Virus record (IMG/VR): IMGVR_UViG_651053023_000007 | DNA: 20,000 bases | Direction: 5' to 3' (one strand) | From: an uncultured virus (IMG/VR IMGVR_UViG_651053023_000007) | Taxonomy: Duplodnaviria; Heunggongvirae; Uroviricota; Caudoviricetes | Shown here: positions 9,779-16,921 of the stretch, piece after piece | Layout: every line of letters begins with the position of its first letter | Numbering within the stretch: position 1 is the stretch's first letter | The notes under the pieces: model-generated | Told to the model about the DNA's origin: nothing | What the model saw: the letters and a program-made list of their open reading frames with translations, nothing else | The model's database searches: none | Translations under genes and position numbers: made by a program

Positions 9779-10347
9779 TGCAGATAAAAGAAATTACCAG
9801 CCCCCACTACACCGAATCCGGTGCGATTGACTGCGAAGTTTTATTTGAAGGGATGGATGAAGCCGTTCCGTACACAGCCACACCAGAAGACACAGCAACA
9901 ACAGGCCAGCAAATTTGGCAGGAACTGCAAAGCGGCAAATGGGGCGAGATTGCCCCGTTCACCGCATCACCTGAACTTATCGCAGCAGCAAAGGACGCCA
10001 AAAAACGGGAAATTGAGGCATGGCGCACAGAACAGGAAGCGCAGCCATTCACGTTCGAATGGAACGGCCGCACATGGAACGCTGGCCCCGACTCAATGGC
10101 CCGTCTTTATCCTGTGGTAATGGCTGCAAAATCTGATACGGCACGAACTGCCCTTGCGTGGGGTGACGCCGATAATCAACAGGTGAAACTGTCGATGCCG
10201 GAACTGGAAGAACTGGCAGCCGCGATGGCGCAGGCGCAGGTTGAGCGCAATGACGAGATTTATCAACGCCAGCGTGAGATGAAGGAGGAACTGAATAACC
10301 TGGATGATTTACGCTCAATCAGAGCGATGACGATTAGCAGCAGTTAG
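9778..10347 (+). CDS. DUF4376-type tail fibre assembly protein
   Basis: 'GAIDCEVLFEG...PYTATPED' N-terminus and 'EIEAWRTEQEAQPFTFEWNGRTWNAG...WGDADNQQV' C-terminal domain. Start placed at ATG 9778 (9775 also possible) from SD GAGGA at 9766-9770 and by analogy with paralogue 19428. Confidence 0.8.
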   Translation: MQIKEITSPHYTESGAIDCEVLFEGMDEAVPYTATPEDTATTGQQIWQELQSGKWGEIAPFTASPELIAAAKDAKKREIEAWRTEQEAQPFTFEWNGRTWNAGPDSMARLYPVVMAAKSDTARTALAWGDADNQQVKLSMPELEELAAAMAQAQVERNDEIYQRQREMKEELNNLDDLRSIRAMTISSS

Positions 10348-10351
10348 CGGT

Positions 10352-10429
10352 CAATTCTGGACTTTTTGGGCGCACCTGAACCGTCCAGAATTGCGCGTCA
10401 ATCAGTCCAGAAAAAAACGCGAAGTTACA
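10352..10429. repeat. Putative transposable-phage right end: three GTCCAGAA-core sites plus terminal CA
   Basis: CAATTCTGGAC at 10352-10362 (inverted), GTCCAGAATTG at 10383-10393, GTCCAGAAAAA from 10405 (22 bp after the previous copy), then ...GAAGTTACA ending at 10429. Confidence 0.75.
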
Positions 10430-10430
10430 G

Positions 10431-11507
10431 ATGATCAGCGACAGAGGTACGCTTATCGCGTACGGACGTTATCCCGACACCTTTTTACCAGACCAGACGG
10501 ACTCCGTTATCAAGGAAGTTATTCTGACGCTGGTTCTTGGGTTGACGCACGCACAAAACGTGGTGCTGGAAGTTGATCCGGACAGGGCCATTATTACTCA
10601 GGAAATCGGAGACAGACGCTATCTGCAACGAAAAAAGAATCTTTCGGATGTGGAAGACAAGGATGAGGCTGTTGAAAACCTCGGATTAAAACCCACGGTG
10701 GACAAGGCAAAAAATGCCGTTCAGCGTGATGGTGACACCATGACCGGGGAACTGAAAATCCGTGGTGTTAATGCGCTGAGGATTTTCAACGAGGCTTTTG
10801 GCCTGATTTTTCGTCGTTCAGAAGATTACCTGCACTTCATTCCCACGCAGGAAGACCATGGAGAAAATGGTGATATTGGCCCACTGCGGCCCATTTCCAT
10901 TAACCTGCGCCAGGGCGATGTGGTTATTGGTGACAGGATTGGCATCGGTAATGAGAACAATCTGGGTGAAAAATCACTCACGCTCTGTGATAGCAATACC
11001 GGTTTTAAGTGGGGCGGACGCGGTGTTATTAATGTGTTTGCAGAGGGACACAACGTCTTTCGTTTTACAAAAAACGGTGTGCTGGCATTAGAAAATCTCT
11101 CGACCGGCAATTTAAGAAAGTTCACGCTGTCGTGTGACAGTTCTTCCACGAAGAGTGCAAGATTTAATCTATGGGGAAATTCCTCAAGGCCTGTTGTTGC
11201 AGAGCTTGGTGATGATTCTGGCTGGCATTTTTACAGTCAGAGGAATACGGATAACAGCATAACGTTTGCCGTAAACGGGCAGATGGTTCCATCAAACTAC
11301 GGAAATTTTGATACCCGTTACCAGACCAGAACAGGTGGTGTGCAGGATGTGCGTCTGGGAGGTGCCATTGGTATTGGACGCGGAGGAAATGCGCCATCAG
11401 GTCATTTACTGAGTGGTGTTGATGGCGGTGAAAGTGTGGACTGGGCCAATGCACGCCCGGTGCAGGTTCTGATTAATGGTGTCTGGCGAAATGTAGCGAG
11501 TTTGTAA
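10431..11507 (+). pseudogene. Tail fibre 3 (P2 gpH-type anchor, Mu S-like distal part), N-terminally truncated
   Basis: Begins 'MISDRGTLIAYGRYPDTFLP...VVLEVDP', which corresponds to the second half of the gpH N-terminal (DUF3751) domain. In-frame stop at 10377-10379 and no clear SD. Distal part 'NALRIFNEAFGLIFRRSE...GENGDIGPLRP' and 'FNLWG..RPVVAELGDDSGWHFYSQRN' resembles Mu S/P2 H. Confidence 0.75.
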
Positions 11508-11509
11508 TC

Positions 11510-12055
11510 ATGATGCACTTAAAAAATCTTACGGCACAAAACCCTAAAACAATTGAGCAATACCAGCTGGCACGACAGCATAAATTTTTATTGTGGCTGT
11601 TCTCCGATGATGGTCAGGAATGGCACGAAGCCCAGGAAAAATTTCAGCCAGACACTCTGAAAGTTATTTATGTTGAAACTGGCGAAGTGGTCTGGGTCGG
11701 AAAAGACATCACCTCAATCTGCCCGGAAAATAAAAGTGTGATTGAGTTGCCGGATATTACCGCTAATCGTCGCATTGAGGCGTCGGGATACTGGTTCTAC
11801 CGCAATGATGAATTTGTTTTTGACTACAAACTTAAAGCGGAAGATGAGCGTGATGCACTGTTAAAACAGGTCAGCATCATGACCAGCGAATGGGAAAAAG
11901 ACCTGCTGCTGGGATTAATCAGTGACGAAGACAGGGAAAAGCTCAAAGCGTACCGCATTTACGCGAAATCGCTGCAGGCGATGGATTTCAGCGCTATTAC
12001 GGATAAGACCACTTACAACAATATTAGCTGGCCTGAGCAGCCACAAAATACCTGA
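11510..12055 (+). CDS. Tail fibre assembly chaperone (Mu gpU / P2 gpG-like)
   Basis: 'MMHLKNL...NPKTIEQYQL...WLFSDDGQEWHE...FQPDTLKVIY...ELPDITANRR' and C-terminal 'ISWPEQP'. Confidence 0.9.
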   Translation: MMHLKNLTAQNPKTIEQYQLARQHKFLLWLFSDDGQEWHEAQEKFQPDTLKVIYVETGEVVWVGKDITSICPENKSVIELPDITANRRIEASGYWFYRNDEFVFDYKLKAEDERDALLKQVSIMTSEWEKDLLLGLISDEDREKLKAYRIYAKSLQAMDFSAITDKTTYNNISWPEQPQNT

Positions 12056-12074
12056 AAAAGAAGTTAATCATCTG

Positions 12075-12096
12075 ACCGCCTGAGGGCGGTTTTTTT
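12075..12096 (+). terminator. Rho-independent terminator
   Basis: ACCGCC-TGAG-GGCGGT stem-loop followed by a T run, between chaperone and sheath genes. Confidence 0.75.
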
Positions 12097-12109
12097 ATGG
12101 GAGAAATGT

Positions 12110-13585
12110 ATGTCCGGATTACATGGTGTTGAAACCATTGAACTGACGACAGGCACGGTTGCCGTGCAAACCATCTCCACGGCAGTGATTGGCCTGGTGG
12201 GGACAGCGCCGGACGCCTCTGGTGGTGTGTGCGCTTCCGGCACAGCCGGTTCCTGGCTGCTGGGAACGGCGCTGGATTTCACGGCGAAACAGGAAGGTCG
12301 GGTCGGTAATAAGATTTCGGTTGTTGCCGTGGCTGCCACGGAACAAAACGCGCAGACAGTGGCCTCGCTGAAAGGTACGACCCTGACGATAACACTGGGG
12401 ACGGACGAACACAGCCAGGTTAACGCCACGGTGGATTGTGTGACTGAAGTGGTGAATGCGCTGGGGGATTCGCCTGTGACGGCGGCTGCCAGCACCCTGA
12501 ATGCAGGAGGCGCTGAAAATAAAGTGGTGTCGCCGTTCAGCCTGACGTTATCCGGCGGGGAAGATGAGGCGTTCCCGGTCAACACACCGGTGGTGGTGGC
12601 AGGGGCCATTACTCAGGCGGGGAAACTGGGCACAGCCGGAACATTATACCCGGCCCTGCGTGATATTTTTGACCAGACTGGTGCGCTGGTGATTGTGGTG
12701 CGCGCAGAAAGTAAAGCAAAGGCGAAAGAGGCCGAACAGCGTGCGGCGGTGATTCAGGCCATGGAGGCGCTGACAGAAAGTAAGGGCGTGACAGGCTATC
12801 AACCGCGCATCCTCATTGCCACGGGGTACAGTGAGGATGATGGCGTGGCAAAGGCGCTGGAAACGTATGCCGCGAAGTTGCGGGCTGTGGCCTATATTGA
12901 CTCGCCCTCAATGGCAACGCCGCAGGATGTGGTTCAGCGGCGCGCGTCATTTGGCGGACGTGTGGAGCTGCTGCGTCCGCGCGTGTCAGTGACGGATGAC
13001 AGCGGGCAAACGGTATTTCGTCCATATTCGGCTCGTGCTGCCGGGCTGCGTGCCCGTATTGATTATGAAAAAGGGTGGTGGTGGTCCAAATCAAACCAGG
13101 ACGTGATGAATATCACCGGTCTGGAGCAGGTGGATACGTTTATTCTCGGGGAGCAGAACTGCACGGCAAACCTGCTGAACATGGAAAATATCTCCACCAT
13201 TATTCGCCATGACGGTTTTAAACACTGGGGTAACCGTCTGTGCACATCCCACAGTCAGTGGCGCTTTGAACCGGTACGTCGCACTGCAGATGTGATTGAG
13301 GACAGTATCCAGGAGGCCATGTTGCCTTATGTCGATCGCCCGCTTGATCGGGATGTGGCAGACGACATTCTTGGCAGCATTAATGCCTATATGCGTCAGC
13401 TTAAAAATCTGGGTGCGATCCACGGTGGCAGCGCCTGGCTGAATGATGAACTGAATACAGCAGAAACCCTGGCGGCAGGGCAGTTGTATATCGATTATGA
13501 CTTTGGGCCGAAGTCACCACTGGAGCGCCTGACACTGCGGGCAATGATTAACAATAAACTGGCGCTGGAGGAACTGACGGTATGA
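12110..13585 (+). CDS. Contractile tail sheath protein (P2 FI / R-pyocin type) with an inserted domain
   Basis: 'LHGVETIE', 'TAVIGLVGTAPDA', 'AFPVNTPV', 'PRILIA.G', 'AAGLRARIDYEKGWWWSKSN', 'GFKHWGNR' and 'GQLYIDYDF.P..PLERL'. SD GGAG. Confidence 0.95.
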   Translation: MSGLHGVETIELTTGTVAVQTISTAVIGLVGTAPDASGGVCASGTAGSWLLGTALDFTAKQEGRVGNKISVVAVAATEQNAQTVASLKGTTLTITLGTDEHSQVNATVDCVTEVVNALGDSPVTAAASTLNAGGAENKVVSPFSLTLSGGEDEAFPVNTPVVVAGAITQAGKLGTAGTLYPALRDIFDQTGALVIVVRAESKAKAKEAEQRAAVIQAMEALTESKGVTGYQPRILIATGYSEDDGVAKALETYAAKLRAVAYIDSPSMATPQDVVQRRASFGGRVELLRPRVSVTDDSGQTVFRPYSARAAGLRARIDYEKGWWWSKSNQDVMNITGLEQVDTFILGEQNCTANLLNMENISTIIRHDGFKHWGNRLCTSHSQWRFEPVRRTADVIEDSIQEAMLPYVDRPLDRDVADDILGSINAYMRQLKNLGAIHGGSAWLNDELNTAETLAAGQLYIDYDFGPKSPLERLTLRAMINNKLALEELTV

Positions 13586-14100
13586 TTACGGGTGAAAAAA
13601 AACTGTTGCGTGCATGGGCGTTATTTCTTCCTGGCGGGATCCGCCTTCAGGGTGCGCATGAATACACGCCGCCTGCCATTAATATCACGACAGTGGATAT
13701 CAAAACCGGCGCAATGGATGCACCGGTGGCAGTGGATGACGGCATGGAAGCGCTGACCTGTTCGTTTAAGATTTATGGTTATGATGTTGCCATGCTTACG
13801 CTGCTGGGATTGCAGGCCGGGCTTTATTCGCCGGAGATTGTTGTGCGCCAGGCTTATCGGGTGGGAAATGCGACCAGCGGACAGGTGGAAACCCTGCAGG
13901 GGATGATCACCAGTATCACGCCGGATGCACGTCCGGCAACATCACAGGCAGAGGCTTCGGTGACAGTGGAAATGTCACTGAGTTATTACCGTCAGGCTGT
14001 CGATGGCCTGGAAACCATCTGCATTATTCCGGAGGAATTTGTACGTCGTATTAACGGCGTTAATGTTCTGTCGGATCTGAAAAAAATCATCCGGGTTTAA
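13582..14100 (+). CDS. Major tail tube protein (P2 FII type)
   Basis: 172 aa after the sheath, with 'TGAMDAPVAVDDGMEALTCSF' and 'LSYYR...RRINGVNVL' Phage_tube motifs. Confidence 0.9.
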   Translation: MITGEKKLLRAWALFLPGGIRLQGAHEYTPPAINITTVDIKTGAMDAPVAVDDGMEALTCSFKIYGYDVAMLTLLGLQAGLYSPEIVVRQAYRVGNATSGQVETLQGMITSITPDARPATSQAEASVTVEMSLSYYRQAVDGLETICIIPEEFVRRINGVNVLSDLKKIIRV

Positions 14101-14118
14101 TCCGGGGATCTGCCATTC

Positions 14119-14147
14119 AGGCGGCTCAGGCCGCCTTTTCTTTTTTT
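14119..14147 (+). terminator. Rho-independent terminator after the tube gene
   Basis: AGGCGGC-TCAG-GCCGCCT stem-loop followed by TTTCTTTTTTT, immediately before SD AGGAG of the next gene. Confidence 0.75.
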
Positions 14148-14158
14148 AGGAGATGCTT

Positions 14159-14461
14159 ATGTCGGAAAAAAACAGTGTTCCTGCCAGCTGCGTGGAAATT
14201 GTGTTATCCGTGCCGTATGTCACCGCATCAGGACAGACGATCACGCACGTCACCATGCGTGCGCCCACCGTCCGCGATCGTCTGTTGCATCGCCGGAGTA
14301 CCAAACCGGAAGCAGAGGCTGATCTGGATATGATTGCCGGTCTGTGCGGGATGGACGCGGCAGACATGATGAACATGGAAGCGTGTGATTACCTGGCCCT
14401 GGAGCGGCAGTTTAATGTTTTTTTGCTGCCGCCGGTCCGGCGGAAGAAGAAAACATCCTGA
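14159..14461 (+). CDS. Tail assembly chaperone (P2 gpE / FluMu gp41 family)
   Basis: 'VTMRAPTVRDRL...MIAGLCGM...DY..L' motif. ATG 14159 preferred over 14153 on SD (AGGAG 14148-14152) spacing. Confidence 0.88.
   Translation: MSEKNSVPASCVEIVLSVPYVTASGQTITHVTMRAPTVRDRLLHRRSTKPEAEADLDMIAGLCGMDAADMMNMEACDYLALERQFNVFLLPPVRRKKKTS
14419..14443 (+). other. Programmed -1 ribosomal frameshift signal (T TTT TTG plus downstream hairpin)
   Basis: Slippery heptamer T-TTT-TTG at 14419-14425, in phase with the gpE codons. GC stem CCGCCG/CGGCGG at 14429-14443. The -1 frame is open to 14598. Confidence 0.8.
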
Positions 14462-14598
14462 TGGCGATACGGCGTGCCGGAGTATGGTTCGGGTGGTCAC
14501 CCGGAGATGTGATGGCACTGCCGTATGAGGATTTTGTGGCAATAATGCTGGCAGAGGCGGAAGAGAGGAAGCAGTGTTATGGCAACGGTGGGCGATAA
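14425..14598 (+). CDS. GpE' frameshift extension (not in the ORF track)
   Basis: -1 frame translates AAAGPAEENILMAIRRAGVWFGWSPGDVMALPYEDFVAIMLAEAEERKQCYGNGGR*. 'FGWSPGDVMALP' matches the P2 gpE' F.W.P.E...M pattern. It fills the gap before the tape measure gene. Confidence 0.8.
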   Translation, partial: AAAGPAEEENILMAIRRAGVWFGWSPGDVMALPYEDFVAIMLAEAEERKQCYGNGGR

Positions 14599-16237
14599 CC
14601 TCAGAGCGAATATCCGGATCGGCGGCACTATTGACCCGTCGTGGAAAAAATCGACAGAGGGGCTGAAGCGAGGTCTGGCTGGTGCGACACAGGAAGTGGC
14701 ACGCCTGACGCGTCAGCAGGATGTACTGAAGCGAAAAATTCAGGCTGGCGTACTGGCAGGGCAGGATATTACCGATCTGCGAAAGCAGTATGAAAAGCTG
14801 AAACGGAAAATCAATGATGCTGCAGCGGAGCAGGAGCGATTTAATCGCCAGCTTGAACGGGCAGAGCGCCTGGAACGCTGGAAAGGACGGGCAGGGACAT
14901 TTCTTAAAACCGGACTCGGGCTCTCTGTTGGTTCCGGGCTGACGCTGGCAGCAGGTGCCAGCGCGGTACTGAACCGGAATTCGGAAACGGCAGAGCGGGC
15001 AGGGATAGCCCGGAGTTATGGGGTGGATTACGAAACCTATGCGGCGTGGGATTCACTGGGCCGTCAGATGGGGTTAAACGGCGAAAACATTGGTGATCTG
15101 TTTGAGGAATACCGGAACAAGGTTTTTGACGATGATAATGGTGCCACGGACAAAGGAGCCATTCAGGAGGTATTCGGTAAACTGGGGCTGAAAGCGGGCG
15201 TAATGGCCGGAAAAAACAACCAGGAACAGGTCGAATTTTTGTTTGATCGCTTACTGCAGGTGGAGAATGAGCAGCAGGCGGCGGGGATGGCAGATGCGCT
15301 GTTTGGGGGGGAGGCCAATAAAATTCTGACCTGGATGCGTCTGTCAGGAAAAACCTTCCGGGAGCTTATCAGTGAGCAGAAACGCTATAACCTGGTGACA
15401 AAAGAAGGGGCTGATGGCGCAGTTCAGGGGCATGTGGCGCTGTCAAATCTCCGTAATGTTTTGAGTTCTTCCATTGATGAAATCAGCGGACAACTGGGTA
15501 ATGAGCTTGCGCCACGTATCCAACAGGTGACGGATGATCTTGCGGCTTGGTTTAAGGAGGGTGGCCTTGAGAAGATTCAGGCATTTATCCTTGATGATGC
15601 CCTGCCGGCGTTGATCGATTTGTCCGAGTGGATGTGGAAATTCGGAAAAGTTCTTGCAGGAATAACGCAGAAAGCCATTGAGTGGGGGCTGGCGGATGAT
15701 TCGCGGGAGGACCGGCGAGAGGTGCTGGAATATCTGGCAAAAATGGGTTCGCCTGAGCTGGCGAGAGCGGTGGCGCAGAAAAACGGTCAGGGTGAATGGT
15801 TTGATGAACTGCTCAGGAAAAATCCGGAGCTGACGAAACAGGTTGTACAGGCTTATAAAGACACCCGCGGTTATCTCCCCTGGAACCATGACGATAAAAA
15901 GTTTGATGCATTTCTCGATCCTTTGCTGGGACCGAAGGAAGAACCTGATTTTGATGGGGCGAGGGAGCGTGTTCGCGCTGCCCGCGATCAACTACAGAAA
16001 ACTCGTCAGGAACCCGCATCGGGGGAGGCTGACCGCCTTTCAGCGCTTCAGCATACCCCCGGCAGTATCAGCCGGGTGGAAGTAAAACCCACGTATCAGA
16101 TACGGGCGGAATTTAACATCACCCAGAAGCCCGGCGAGGATGCCGGACAACTGGCAGACAGGGTAACGAAAAATCTGGGAGATATTAATTTTGGTCAGCG
16201 TTCCCGCATGACCGATGGTGATGCATTCTGGGGGTGA
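14579..16237 (+). CDS. Tail tape measure protein (552 aa)
   Basis: Position after E/E'. N-terminal 'IRIGGTIDPSW' then coiled coil and a Gly-rich hydrophobic stretch. C-terminal 'FNITQKPGEDAGQLADRV'. Confidence 0.88.
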   Translation: MATVGDNLRANIRIGGTIDPSWKKSTEGLKRGLAGATQEVARLTRQQDVLKRKIQAGVLAGQDITDLRKQYEKLKRKINDAAAEQERFNRQLERAERLERWKGRAGTFLKTGLGLSVGSGLTLAAGASAVLNRNSETAERAGIARSYGVDYETYAAWDSLGRQMGLNGENIGDLFEEYRNKVFDDDNGATDKGAIQEVFGKLGLKAGVMAGKNNQEQVEFLFDRLLQVENEQQAAGMADALFGGEANKILTWMRLSGKTFRELISEQKRYNLVTKEGADGAVQGHVALSNLRNVLSSSIDEISGQLGNELAPRIQQVTDDLAAWFKEGGLEKIQAFILDDALPALIDLSEWMWKFGKVLAGITQKAIEWGLADDSREDRREVLEYLAKMGSPELARAVAQKNGQGEWFDELLRKNPELTKQVVQAYKDTRGYLPWNHDDKKFDAFLDPLLGPKEEPDFDGARERVRAARDQLQKTRQEPASGEADRLSALQHTPGSISRVEVKPTYQIRAEFNITQKPGEDAGQLADRVTKNLGDINFGQRSRMTDGDAFWG

Positions 16238-16728
16238 ACATGGTGGATTTGCTGGGCTGGGGCGTAAACCGGCTTGAACGTGAAGCATGGGATGCGGTGG
16301 GTTCATTAACGGATGTCGCCTCCCGCGTCATGCTGTCGTTTGGTGAGTTTGAATTCAGTATTGATACGGCAGCCTATAACGCCATGAAGCGCACTATGGA
16401 ATGGCGATGGGATGAACAGCAGCTTATCGGAAAAAACGACCTGCTGCAGTATACCGGTAAGGGGGCCAGAACAATAACCCTTGAAGGCATGGTGCATGCG
16501 GGATTTCGTGACGGTGTGGGAATGGATGCCCTTGATACGCTGGTTCAGATGGTGGATGACAATCCGGCCCCGCAGTTACTGGTCTCAAGTACAGGCGATG
16601 TGATGGGGTATTTCGTGGCAACCGCCTATTCAGATAACACCACGTCCTTTCTTCCCGGCGGGGCGCCAAAGAACAAAACGTTCACACTGGAGCTGAAATA
16701 CTATGGCGAAAAACTGGCGGACCACTGA
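16234..16728 (+). CDS. P2 gpU-family tail tube initiator
   Basis: 'MLSFGEFEFSIDTAAY..MKR..EWRW..Q...G....LQYTG.G..TITLEG...FTLELKYY' GpU pattern. Confidence 0.9.
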   Translation: MNMVDLLGWGVNRLEREAWDAVGSLTDVASRVMLSFGEFEFSIDTAAYNAMKRTMEWRWDEQQLIGKNDLLQYTGKGARTITLEGMVHAGFRDGVGMDALDTLVQMVDDNPAPQLLVSSTGDVMGYFVATAYSDNTTSFLPGGAPKNKTFTLELKYYGEKLADH

Positions 16729-16921
16729 CGGCGATATGCTGGATGACATCTGTCAGAGACACTATGGCAGTGCCGGGCTTAACCAGTCACTGGCGGCGGT
16801 ACTGGAAGCCAATCCCGGGCTGGCTGACCTTGGTCCGGTCTATCCGTCGGGAGTGGAAATCGTGTTGCCGGACTGGGTATATGAACCGGAAGTGAAGGAG
16901 ACGTTTCAGTTATGGGACTGA
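16703..16921 (+). CDS. P2 gpX-family tail protein (LysM-like)
   Basis: 'TTDGDMLDDICQRHYG....VLEANPGLADLGPVYPSGVEIVLPD...QLWD'. Confidence 0.93.
   Translation: MAKNWRTTDGDMLDDICQRHYGSAGLNQSLAAVLEANPGLADLGPVYPSGVEIVLPDWVYEPEVKETFQLWD

Larger units (their letters stand above)
1..10429 (+). mobile_element. Right part of a Mu-like transposable prophage (tail/baseplate/fibre genes to putative right end)
   Basis: Gene order TMP-gp43-gp44-gp45-gp46-gp47-gp48-fibre-chaperone is the Mu late-operon order. The region ends in a triple-repeat structure with terminal CA at 10428-10429. The left part lies outside the window. Confidence 0.82.

Noticed and set aside
10352..10412. Junction repeats as CRISPR, REP element or intrinsic terminator
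   Set aside because: Only three short 8-11 bp cores in mixed orientation. The inverted pair has a 20-nt loop and no immediately following U tract. A transposon-end layout fits better.
10391..10576. 61-aa ORF spanning the junction
   Set aside because: TTG start inside the repeat structure, no SD, overlaps the fibre remnant out of frame, no recognisable motif.
6558..12055. Active invertible tail-fibre shufflon
   Set aside because: All fibre genes are co-directional. I saw no invertase gene or inverted pair of crossover sites, only one degenerate gix-like site.
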